The position numbers and the translations under genes are program-made. 64,000 bases of DNA, from positions 63,467 to 127,466 of the forward strand of contig CAWFGH010000009.1 in the NCBI GenBank assembly GCA_963815255.1, given 5' to 3'. Numbering within the stretch: the first letter of the stretch is position 1; each line of letters begins with the position of its first letter. The DNA is from an uncultured delta proteobacterium (GTDB taxonomy: Bacteria > Desulfobacterota > Binatia > Binatales > Binataceae). The notes below the pieces were generated by a model that saw only the letters and a program-made list of their open reading frames with translations, was not told the DNA's origin and made no database searches. Positions 29,750 through 38,037 of the stretch are shown here, in pieces.

Positions 29750-29944
29750 ATGGCGCGAATTGAATTCAACCTTCAAGTCCGGAATCCGCAAAACGGTATT
29801 GCCGTCAACGAGGCCCGCATCGATCTGACTTTCCCGGACACGGCGGTCGGAGACCTGCAAAGCCTTGAGAGAGCCGTTAAGACTGTTGTCGAAAAAGCTG
29901 TAGAGGCGATTAAGGAGCAACAGTTGCTGACGCTAAAGCGATAG
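29750..29944 (+). CDS. Small hypothetical protein (64 aa) in the low-GC island
   Basis: ATG preceded by aagagaaatcaa. The coding sequence MARIEFNLQVRNPQNGIAVNEARIDLTFPDTAVGDLQSLERAVKTVVEKAVEAIKEQQLLTLKR is AT-richer than the flanks. No recognised family. Confidence 0.35.
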   Translation: MARIEFNLQVRNPQNGIAVNEARIDLTFPDTAVGDLQSLERAVKTVVEKAVEAIKEQQLLTLKR

Positions 29945-29986
29945 CGATCTCGGCGAGCTGTGTTCGAGTTCCTGCCACCTCATTAT

Positions 29987-30388
29987 TCACCGGCATAAGC
30001 GAGCCGCGACCAGCGGATCGAGCGTATATGCCTTGCATGGTAATTCGCGGGGATTGGCGGGATTGTAGAGCGCTGCGGCAATACAATCCACTACATGCCG
30101 GGGTACGACTGACGTGATCATCAGCTCGTCCGCATATCCATCGTGAAACACGGCGACTGGTCTGGCGCTCCGTTCCAGGTACTTTGCATTTGCTGGTTGA
30201 GCAAGCCAGTGGCTCATGGCTTCGGCTATTCTTTGGCCAACCTCGGCATGGCTAAGGTCTGATTCAATTTGCAACGGCCCTAATTGGTCGAATCGTTCTT
30301 CTGGAGTCGCAAAACACGGATCGTGAGTTACTATAACGTGCGCATGATGACCGTGTTGGCTCTTCGTGAATACTATATAGCAGTCCAT
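29987..30388 (-). CDS. Hypothetical protein (133 aa), downstream of and co-directional with the methyltransferase-propeller gene
   Basis: ORF 59 nt downstream of the 30448..32280 gene on the same strand. No recognised motifs. Confidence 0.4.
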   Translation of the reverse strand: MDCYIVFTKSQHGHHAHVIVTHDPCFATPEERFDQLGPLQIESDLSHAEVGQRIAEAMSHWLAQPANAKYLERSARPVAVFHDGYADELMITSVVPRHVVDCIAAALYNPANPRELPCKAYTLDPLVAARLCR

Positions 30389-30447
30389 TCTCTTGATCGC
30401 TTGTTTAGCTGTCGGAGTCTACTAGATCGCCAATTCGGGAGTTGTTT

Positions 30448-32280
30448 TCACAAATAGAGTTCGGACAGGTCAGGCTGATCGTCAATGAACAGCACATGGC
30501 CGGAGCTGCCCATCGTATAGCTGGTCAGTGCGGTTCTCGCTGCCGCGAGAGGTCCGGCAAGGGCTGTGAGGTCTCGATGATTCCAGCCGTCACCTGCCCC
30601 TTGGGCCGGGTCGTACCACAACTCGTGCAAATGATCGCTCGTATCCACTAAGAAGACATGGCCGGAGTTGCCGAGTGTGTAGCTGGTCAATGCGGTCCCG
30701 GCGGCCGGCACAAGCTCAGCGGAACGGGTGAGGTCGTTGTGACTCCAATCCGGACCGTCCGCTGGGTCATGCCGCAGTTCGTGCAAATGATTGCTCGTAT
30801 CCATGAAGAAAACATGACCGGAGCTGCCCAGAGTGTAACTGGTCAATGCGGTCCCGATGGCCGGTAGAAGCCTGGTGGAAGCGGTGAGGTCGTTGTGATT
30901 CCAGTCCGGACGCTTAGCCGGATCGTATCGCAGTTCATGCAAGTGGTTACTCGTATCAATGAAGACGACGTGGCCGGAGCCGGCCAGAGTATAGCTAGTC
31001 AATGCGGTCCCGGCGGCTGGCAGAAGCTTGGTCGAGGCGGTGAGGTCGCTGTGATTCCATCCGGGACCCTTAGCCGGATCGTACCGAAACTCGTGCAGGT
31101 GGTTACTCTCATCCACGAAGAAAACATGACCGGAGCTGCCCAGAGTATATCCGGTCAATGCGGTCCCGGCGGCGGGCGCAATCCCGGTGGAGGCCGTGAG
31201 GTCGTTATGATTCCAGTCCGGACCCTGGGCCGGGTCATACCATAGTTCCTGCAGATGGTTGCTCGCGTCCACGAAGAAGACGTGGCCGGAGCTGCCCAGA
31301 GAGTAGCTGGTCAATGCGGTCCCGGCGGCCGGCGAAAGTCCGGTGGGCGAAGTGAGATCGTTGTGATTCCAGCCGGGACCCTGAGTCGGGTCGTACCACA
31401 GTTCGTGCAGATGGTCGTTCGCGTCCACGAAGAAGACGTGACCGGAGCTGTTGAAAGAGTAGCTGGTCGTTGCGCTGTTAGCTCCCGGCCGCGGAGCCCC
31501 GGTAGCTGCAGTCAGGTCGTTATGGTGCCAAACCCCAGCAGCATCGTGCTCTTGCCTGACAAGCTCAAGAAAGAATGGAACAAAGTGAAACGTACCTCGC
31601 TTGGTCTCCGTGAGCGGCTTGCGAAGCGCACGCATGGTCGGACGTCTTCCTTCAGGCAAGGGCCTCAGGCCATCGCCGCTATGGTGATTTGCGACGGGCG
31701 TATATCCATAATTCAGCTCGGCATACCGGCAGGTGAGATAGACCGCGTCGGCGAAGGTATCGTCGAATACGACTATGCCTCCGGGCTTGAGCAATTGGTG
31801 AACGAGGACCAGGTCGACGAACACGTTGTCAAAAAGATGGCTGCCGTCAATGAAAGCGAAATCGAAATTTCGCTTCTGCCGTATGAGTTCGGACAGGAAG
31901 AGCTCAGAGGCCTCTTCTTTGATCTCGACGAATTCCTCGAGGCCGGCGTCCCTGACATTTCTTCGACCCGCACCGTGGTATTCGATAGATTCATAAGGGT
32001 CGATCACGAGATGCGCCCCGATCCCTGCACCATTTTCGAGGAGGGCTTCGAGGATAAAAAGAGTAGATAGCCCCGACGCCATCCCGATCTCCACCGTGCG
32101 GGTAGCGCCTTCTGAAATGCAGATATCCCTGATAAACGCGCCGCGGTCGGGCGTGACGCCATCGGGGAAAATGGGACGTTGGCTTCCGTCCTCTCCGCTT
32201 ACGACGCCACGGCTATAGAGCTCTTCGATGAATCTTCGGAGAAGGGTGGCTTCCTGCTTCTTCGGTTTTGTGGCCATCAA
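30448..32280 (-). CDS. Fusion protein: N-terminal class I SAM-dependent methyltransferase (Methyltransf_24/O-MTase-like) plus C-terminal seven ~47-aa tandem repeats resembling PLL/tectonin-type beta-propeller lectin blades
   Basis: The N-terminus has EIGMASGLSTLFILEAL...FAFIDGSHLFDNVFVDL...LKPGGIVVFDD. The C-terminus has 7 copies of W-N-H-N-D-L-T-x-S-T-x-x-x-P-A-A-G-T-A-L-T-S-Y-T-L-G-S-S-G-H-V-F-F-V-D-x-S-N-H-L-H-E-L-W-Y-D-P-A-x-G-P-D. Confidence 0.7.
   Translation of the reverse strand: MMATKPKKQEATLLRRFIEELYSRGVVSGEDGSQRPIFPDGVTPDRGAFIRDICISEGATRTVEIGMASGLSTLFILEALLENGAGIGAHLVIDPYESIEYHGAGRRNVRDAGLEEFVEIKEEASELFLSELIRQKRNFDFAFIDGSHLFDNVFVDLVLVHQLLKPGGIVVFDDTFADAVYLTCRYAELNYGYTPVANHHSGDGLRPLPEGRRPTMRALRKPLTETKRGTFHFVPFFLELVRQEHDAAGVWHHNDLTAATGAPRPGANSATTSYSFNSSGHVFFVDANDHLHELWYDPTQGPGWNHNDLTSPTGLSPAAGTALTSYSLGSSGHVFFVDASNHLQELWYDPAQGPDWNHNDLTASTGIAPAAGTALTGYTLGSSGHVFFVDESNHLHEFRYDPAKGPGWNHSDLTASTKLLPAAGTALTSYTLAGSGHVVFIDTSNHLHELRYDPAKRPDWNHNDLTASTRLLPAIGTALTSYTLGSSGHVFFMDTSNHLHELRHDPADGPDWSHNDLTRSAELVPAAGTALTSYTLGNSGHVFLVDTSDHLHELWYDPAQGAGDGWNHRDLTALAGPLAAARTALTSYTMGSSGHVLFIDDQPDLSELYL
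30470..31500 (-). repeat. About 141-bp nucleotide-level tandem repeats (about 7 copies, ~80-85% identical) encoding the propeller blades
   Basis: The recurring plus-strand string cagttcgtgcaaatgatcgctcgtatcca(c/t)gaagaa(g/a)acatggccggagctgcccagagt(a/g)tagctggtcaatgcggtcccggcggccgg repeats every ~141 nt. Confidence 0.7.
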
Positions 32281-32466
32281 GCCTTTTTGCTGATGTCGGT
32301 AACTGCGTGAATACTAGCGGTGGCGGCTACGATGCGCCATAAGCGACCGGCGCGGTCGAGCCATGGGAGCCGCTGAAGCCGTCCTGGTTCACGTCAAGGT
32401 ACCCCTCCGCCTCGTTCGACATCATGCGGACACTGGCCGGTTTGTTTTTGATGCTACGGTACGGCG

Positions 32467-33261
32467 TTACTCGCCTTTGAATTTGGGCGGGCGCTTTTCC
32501 AGAAACGCCGCGATCCCCTCGGAGCCGTCGGCGGTGCGGCCCATGTCGGCGATCCACTCGGTCTCCAGCTCCATCTGATCTTCGAGCGTCCGGGTCGCGC
32601 TCTCGGCAAACAGGCGCTTGACGCCCAAGTAGGCGCGCGTCGGCCCCTGGGCGAAGCCCTTCGCCAGCCCCTCGGCGGTCGCCATCAGCTCAGCGTCAGG
32701 CACCACGCGGGTCACGATTCCCATCTCGTGGGCCTCGCGCGCCGAGAGCACACGGTTGGTGAGCGCCAGGTCCATCGCCCGCCTTAGGCCCACGATGCGC
32801 GGCAGGAAGTAGGTCGAGGATCCATCGGGCGTGAGCCCCGCCCGCGTATACGCCATCGTGAACTTTGCCGACTCCGCCGCTATCACGATATCGCCCGCAC
32901 AGGCGAGACTCATCCCGGCACCGCCGGCCGCGCCTTGAATCGCCATCACCACCGGCGCCTTCATCCGGTTGAAGCGTGAAATCGCCTTGTGCAGAGAAAA
33001 GGTGACCTTCTTGAAGTAGGTGGGCAGCATCTCTTTGGGCTGCGCGGCGAAGCTCTTGAGGTCGCCGCCGGCGCAGAAGAGCTTGCCCGCCGCGTTTATC
33101 AGCACGGCGCGAACGCTGGGGTCTTCCTCGCAGCGCAGCGATACTTCCATCAGGTCGTGCGCGAGTTCGGCGTTGAGCGCGTTGGCGGCTTCGGGCCGGT
33201 TGAGCGTGACGTAGGCGACGTTATTGCGGACGTCGAAGAGCAGCGTCGAATAGTCGGCCAT
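32467..33261 (-). CDS. Enoyl-CoA hydratase/isomerase (crotonase superfamily)
   Basis: VAYVTLNRPEAANAL...LFCAGGDLK...MAIQGAAGGAGMSLACAGDI oxyanion-hole motifs. Start taken at the internal Met (MADYST). Confidence 0.8.
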   Translation of the reverse strand: MADYSTLLFDVRNNVAYVTLNRPEAANALNAELAHDLMEVSLRCEEDPSVRAVLINAAGKLFCAGGDLKSFAAQPKEMLPTYFKKVTFSLHKAISRFNRMKAPVVMAIQGAAGGAGMSLACAGDIVIAAESAKFTMAYTRAGLTPDGSSTYFLPRIVGLRRAMDLALTNRVLSAREAHEMGIVTRVVPDAELMATAEGLAKGFAQGPTRAYLGVKRLFAESATRTLEDQMELETEWIADMGRTADGSEGIAAFLEKRPPKFKGE

Positions 33262-33396
33262 TGGTTTCCTCCGGTTCTCTCGTAGATCTTGCGTCGATCT
33301 CGCGTAAACCTTGCATGAACCTGGCGCAAACTTTGCGCCGATTCTATCCGCAATTAGATCAACCGCGCCGGTTTCGCGCAACCGGCGCGAGCGTCC

Positions 33397-34281
33397 TTAG
33401 AGCGTGCGATACCATCCGGCGATCGCCGCTCCAATCTCGTGCGGCGAATCCTCCTGGACAAAGTGAATACCCTTGACCGTGACCTCGCGCTGGTTGGGCC
33501 AACGGCGGCAAAACTCGCGCGGCGCGCCAATCAGGATCGCGCCCGGCTCGGCGTTGATGAAGAGCTTCGGCACGGGGCTCTGGGATAGCCACGCGGCGTA
33601 TTCGTTGACCAGTGCGACTACGTCGGCCGGCTCGCCGTCGAGCGGAATCTGCCGCGGCCAGGTGAGCATCGGACGGCGCGACTCGCCCGGCGCAAGGAAC
33701 GGGCGGCGATACGTCTCCATCTCGGCATCGGCGAGCTTGCGCATCACGCTCCCGGGCAGGATGCGCTCGACGAAACTGTTGCGCTGCAAAATGAGGTCTT
33801 CGCCGGCTGGCGAGCGCATCGCCTGGAACAGCGGGCGCGCCTGCTCGTTGAACTCGCTCCATTGAAGCGGCCGCACGATCGCTTCCATGTAGGCGATTCC
33901 CTTGACCGCGGCGGAGTTGCGCCGCGCCCAATGAAAACCTAACGCCGATCCCCAATCGTGAACCACCAGCGTCACTTTTTCGCTTGCGAGGCCGAGCGCG
34001 GCGAACCACGCGTCGAGGTAGCTGACATGATCCGCAAGCCGGTACGAACCATCGGGCGCCTTGCCCGAATCGCCCATCCCGACGAGGTCCGGCGCGAGGC
34101 ATCGCGCATTCGGCGCCAGGTGCGGGATGATGTTGCGCCAGAGATAGGACGAGGTCGGATTGCCGTGCAGAAAGACGATGGGGTCGCCCGTGCCGACGTC
34201 GACGTAGGCCATCTCGACGCCGGCGGCATCGAGGTGCTTGCGTGGATTGGAATCGGCGGGCGAGATTGATGCGTCGCTCAT
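33397..34281 (-). CDS. Haloalkane dehalogenase-like alpha/beta hydrolase
   Basis: [15 protein letters not shown] and the nucleophile elbow [10 protein letters not shown], which is the HLD-II signature. Confidence 0.75.
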   Translation of the reverse strand: MSDASISPADSNPRKHLDAAGVEMAYVDVGTGDPIVFLHGNPTSSYLWRNIIPHLAPNARCLAPDLVGMGDSGKAPDGSYRLADHVSYLDAWFAALGLASEKVTLVVHDWGSALGFHWARRNSAAVKGIAYMEAIVRPLQWSEFNEQARPLFQAMRSPAGEDLILQRNSFVERILPGSVMRKLADAEMETYRRPFLAPGESRRPMLTWPRQIPLDGEPADVVALVNEYAAWLSQSPVPKLFINAEPGAILIGAPREFCRRWPNQREVTVKGIHFVQEDSPHEIGAAIAGWYRTL

Positions 34282-34462
34282 GGTTATTGTTCCTCGGCTT
34301 TAAATTCCGCTGCATCATGTCTTCGAGAGATACGGTGTCTTCGAGAGATACGACCCGGCCGCGCGCCGTGCAAGCCGTGCGTGCGCTGTCGATTCGGTTT
34401 GCCTCCCAAGGGTAGGCGGTTGCACAATTGTTGCCTCACGAGCAGCGGAGGACGATAACGCG

Positions 34463-36079
34463 ATGGCGGAGCAGCGCAAGCGCAAGTTCTGGGGATGGGG
34501 CTACGAGGATCAGCATCCGAATGCGGAGCAGCAAAAGCATATCGGAGAGCGAGTCGCGAAGCGCTTCGGCCTGGGTCCGTTGACGATTACGCCGCCGCCG
34601 CGCGAAGACGAACTCAATCTGCGCGCGCCGAGGGTAAAGCCGCCCGACACGCTCGCCACCATCTTCTCAACCAGCATCTACGACCGCGCGAGCCACAGTT
34701 ATGGGCGCGGCTATCGCGACGTAGTGCGCGCGTTTCGCCGTTACTATCCCAATCCGTTCGACGCAGTCGCCTTTCCTCGCGACGAGGCCGAGCTTACCCG
34801 CGTGCTGGAGTGGTGCGACAAGGAGCGTATCGAGTTGACGCCTTACGGCGGCGGCTCGAGCGTGGTGGGCGGGGTCGAGCCGCCTGCGGAGGGCGATTGG
34901 CGCGGCTCAGTGTCGGTCGATATGACCCGGCTCGACCGCGTGCTCGAGGTCGACCGCGCCTCGCGAGCGGCGCGTATCCAGGGCGGCGTGCTCGGTCCGT
35001 CGCTCGAGGACCAGTTGCGTCCCCACAAGCTCACGCTGCGCCATTTCCCGCAGTCCTTCGAGTTCTCCACGCTCGGCGGATGGATCGCAACGCGCTCGGG
35101 GGGACATTTCGCGACGCTCTACACGCATATCGACGATTTCGTGGAGTCGGTTCGCGTGCTGACGCCGACCGGCGTGGTCGAGTCGCGTCGCCTGCCGGGT
35201 TCGGGCGCCGGGCCGAGCCCCGACCGCATGTTCATCGGCTCGGAAGGCATCCTGGGCATCATCACCGAAGCCTGGATGCGCCTGCAGGACCGGCCGAAGT
35301 TTCGTGCCGGCGCCTCCGTCGCGTTTCCTGATTTTATTGCCGGAGCCAATGCGGTGCGCGCGATCGCGCAGGCCGGGCTCTATCCGGCCAACTGCCGCCT
35401 TCTCGACCCGGGCGAGGCGGCCAACGCCGGCGCCAACCAGGGCGAGGCGGCGGTGCTGGTGCTGGCCTTTGAGTCGGCCGATCACGAGTTGGAGCCGTGG
35501 ATGAAGCGTGCGCTTGAGATCTGCGCCGAGCTGGGCGGAAAGATTCCCGAGGGCGCGGGACGCACCCGCACTGACGCCGCGGCCACGCACGAGGGCGCCG
35601 CCGGTGCGTGGCGCGAAGCGTTCATCAAGGCCCCGTACACGCGCGATGTGTTGATCTCGATGGGAATCGTGAACGACACATTCGAGACCGCGATCACCTG
35701 GGATCGCTTCGCCAACTATCACGCGCAACTGATGGAGACCGGCACCGACGCCATCCGGCGCATCTGCGGCAAGGGCACGATGACCTGCCGGTTCACCCAC
35801 GCCTATCCCGACGGACCCGCGCCGTACTACACGATCCTCGCGCCGGGCAAGCGGGGATCCGAGCTGGAGCAGTGGGACGAAATCAAGCAGGCGGTGTCGG
35901 AAGTGATCGTGAAGCTCGGCGGCACGATCACGCATCATCACGCGGTCGGCCGCGACCATCGCCCATGGTACGACCGTCAGCGGCCCGAGGGTTTCGCGCG
36001 AGCTCTGAAAGCGGCCAAGCGCGCGCTCGACCCACACGCGATATTGAACCCAGGGGTGTTGATAGATCCTGAGCGCTAG
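34463..36079 (+). CDS. FAD-linked oxidase (PCMH-type FAD-binding; alkyl-DHAP synthase / D-lactate dehydrogenase-like)
   Basis: GGGSSVVGG FAD-binding motif, 538 aa, C-terminal HHHAVGRDH. Confidence 0.75.
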   Translation: MAEQRKRKFWGWGYEDQHPNAEQQKHIGERVAKRFGLGPLTITPPPREDELNLRAPRVKPPDTLATIFSTSIYDRASHSYGRGYRDVVRAFRRYYPNPFDAVAFPRDEAELTRVLEWCDKERIELTPYGGGSSVVGGVEPPAEGDWRGSVSVDMTRLDRVLEVDRASRAARIQGGVLGPSLEDQLRPHKLTLRHFPQSFEFSTLGGWIATRSGGHFATLYTHIDDFVESVRVLTPTGVVESRRLPGSGAGPSPDRMFIGSEGILGIITEAWMRLQDRPKFRAGASVAFPDFIAGANAVRAIAQAGLYPANCRLLDPGEAANAGANQGEAAVLVLAFESADHELEPWMKRALEICAELGGKIPEGAGRTRTDAAATHEGAAGAWREAFIKAPYTRDVLISMGIVNDTFETAITWDRFANYHAQLMETGTDAIRRICGKGTMTCRFTHAYPDGPAPYYTILAPGKRGSELEQWDEIKQAVSEVIVKLGGTITHHHAVGRDHRPWYDRQRPEGFARALKAAKRALDPHAILNPGVLIDPER

Positions 36080-36096
36080 ACGTGCAGAAGCCGGGC

Positions 36097-36478
36097 GCTA
36101 GACGCGCGGAAGTGGTGCGCTCAATCGTCGTCGAGGCCGAGCGCCCTGCAACGCCGGGCACAAACAGGCGCTGCGACTCTCTGTCCCTCCCCACACATGG
36201 ATGTCTTGGGGGAGGGTAGGGTGGGGGTCGAGATCTTTTTCACGGAAGCTTGTACATCCACGTCAGCCCACAGGCAAAATCAGTTTGGGCGCCTCTTACG
36301 TGATTAGATCAAGTGAAGATATTCCGAATCGCACGCTCAAAACGACCGCGCTGAATTTGGTCCCTCACCCGCCGTCCGCAACGGCCGGCGGCCTCTCCCA
36401 TCGGGCGAGGCAATTAAGAACGCACTCGTAATGCGCGGACGCTGCGCGCTCAATCGTCGTCGAGGCCGAGCGTCTTGC
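36097..36478 (+). repeat. Pair of ~44-bp imperfect direct repeats flanking a ~300-bp lower-GC insert with a strong GC hairpin; the left copy duplicates the 3' end of the minus-strand gene 36450-36755
   Basis: acgcgcggaagtggtgcgctcaatcgtcgtcgaggccgagcgcc at 36101-36144, versus atgcgcggacgctgcgcgctcaatcgtcgtcgaggccgagcgtc at 36432-36475. The hairpin is ccctcccc(acacatggatgtcttg)ggggaggg at about 36183-36214. Confidence 0.6.
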
Positions 36479-36755
36479 GCGCCGTGGGACTCATCATGTG
36501 CGGCGTCCACGGCGGATCCCACACCATCTCGACGTTGGCCTCTTCGCAGCCTGGGATGCCAAGCAGCTTGTCCTGGATCTCGCTCGCGATCATCGCGCCC
36601 ATCGAGCATCCCGGCGCCGTCAGCGTCATCTCGACCGTGATCACGCCGCCTTTGACGTCAACGTGGTAGACCAGTCCGAGGTCAACGATATTGACCGGCA
36701 TTTCGGGGTCGTAGCACTCGCGCAGCACTTCGTAGACTTCTTCTTCGCTGTACAT
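36450..36755 (-). CDS. DUF59/SufT-family Fe-S cluster assembly protein (MIP18-like)
   Basis: About 100 aa with NIVDLGLVY...TLTAPGCSMG, the conserved Cys of the SufT/PaaD-like family. Confidence 0.7.
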   Translation of the reverse strand: MYSEEEVYEVLRECYDPEMPVNIVDLGLVYHVDVKGGVITVEMTLTAPGCSMGAMIASEIQDKLLGIPGCEEANVEMVWDPPWTPHMMSPTARKTLGLDDD

Positions 36756-36891
36756 CGTTGGCGCCGCGGTTGACGCCCCCTGCGATTGCGCTGTTCCGGC
36801 GGTGAGGGGGCGCTGATATCTGTAGTATATATGAGCGGCGCGGACGGCAGGAATGGCCGTGCGCAAGCGCAATCAAGCATGGAGGTTGAGG
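36756..36891 (+). promoter_or_regulatory. Divergent promoter region with a 9-bp-stem palindrome (gcgccccct...agggggcgc) and an AT-rich -10-like box (tagtatatat)
   Basis: Intergenic region between divergent genes. The palindrome and tatctgtagtatatatgagc were read directly. Confidence 0.3.
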
Positions 36892-37239
36892 ATGCCCGAC
36901 AAGGAGGAGCTTTACGACGAGGCGATCGATCTTTACGCCGACGGTAAGTACGACGAGGCGATCGCGATGTACCAGAGCGCACTCGAGCAGGACCCGCGCT
37001 ACACCGACGCCCTGCACGGGATGGTGATGTGCTACCAGGCCAAGGGCGACCTCGACACCGCGATCGAGCTAACCAAAAAATATATCGCGCAGGAGCCCGA
37101 AGACATCCTCGCGTTCACCAACCTGAGCATGTTCTACCAGAAGAAGGGGATGATAAAGGAAGCCGAGGAGGCGGGCGCCGAAGCGCGGCGCCTGGATTGG
37201 AAGCGCCAGCTCAAGGAAGGCGTGGCCGGGAAGAAGTGA
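36892..37239 (+). CDS. TPR-repeat protein
   Basis: Repeated A-x-x-x-Y-x-x-A-L motifs (EAIDLYADGKYDEAIAMYQSALEQDPRYTDALHGMVMCYQAKGDLDTAIEL). RBS ggaggttgagg. Confidence 0.6.
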   Translation: MPDKEELYDEAIDLYADGKYDEAIAMYQSALEQDPRYTDALHGMVMCYQAKGDLDTAIELTKKYIAQEPEDILAFTNLSMFYQKKGMIKEAEEAGAEARRLDWKRQLKEGVAGKK

Positions 37240-37258
37240 AGGCGAGGCGGAGACGGCG

Positions 37259-38018
37259 ATGAAACTCAAAGACAAGGCGGTGCTGATAACCGGCGCGGGC
37301 TCGGGGCTGGGGCGTGAGATGGCGCTCGTGTTCACGCGCGAGGGCGCAAAAATCGGCGTCAACGATCTGCGGCCCGAGACGGCGCAAAACGTAGTGACCG
37401 AGATTGAACGCGCGGGAGGGCGCGCGGTGCGGCTGGTCGCCGACGTCACGGACAGCGCGGCGGTCAAAAAGATATTCGCCGATTTCGTGGCAGCGTTTGG
37501 CACGATAGACGTCCTGGTCAACAACGCCGGCATCGGACGTGTGCGCCCCGGCAGCGAGGCGACGCCCACCGTCGACAAGACCGACGAGGACTGGCACAAG
37601 ATGATCGCCGACGCATCTCGATGCGACTTTCTACTGCACGCGCGAGGCGCTCAAGGTGATGATCGCGAAACAATCCGGCCGCATTATCAACCTGGGTTCG
37701 ATCGTCGGGCTCACCGGAATCGAGCTGGCGGCCGATTACGGCGCGGCCAAGGGTGGAATAATCTCATTCACCAAGTGCGTGGCGCGCGAGGTCGTCCGCC
37801 ACGGTATCCTGGTCAACTGTATCGCGCCCGGTTTCATCGAAACCCCGATGACCGCGCCGCTCTCGCCCGAGCTGCGCCAGGTAGTGATGGCGAGGACGCC
37901 CGCGGGCCGTTTCGGTGAGCCACGCGACATCGCGGCCGCGGCGCTATACCTTGCCTGCGAGGATTCGTCGTTTATGGTCGGCCAGGTGATCAGCCCCAAC
38001 GGGGGCTACGTGATCTGA
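37259..38018 (+). pseudogene. Short-chain dehydrogenase/reductase, FabG-like 3-oxoacyl-ACP reductase, with an apparent +1 frameshift near 37615
   Basis: The N-terminal TGAGSGLGREMA...NNAGI is in frame 2. The continuation HLDATFYCTREALKVMIAKQSGRIINLGS...YGAAKGG...PGFIETPM is in frame 0. Confidence 0.6.
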
Positions 38019-38037
38019 AAGATCTTTTTCCTGCATC

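Noticed and set aside
36201-36431. 76-aa ORF inside the 300-bp insert
   Set aside because: It has no RBS, odd composition, and overlaps the hairpin. It is more likely non-coding.
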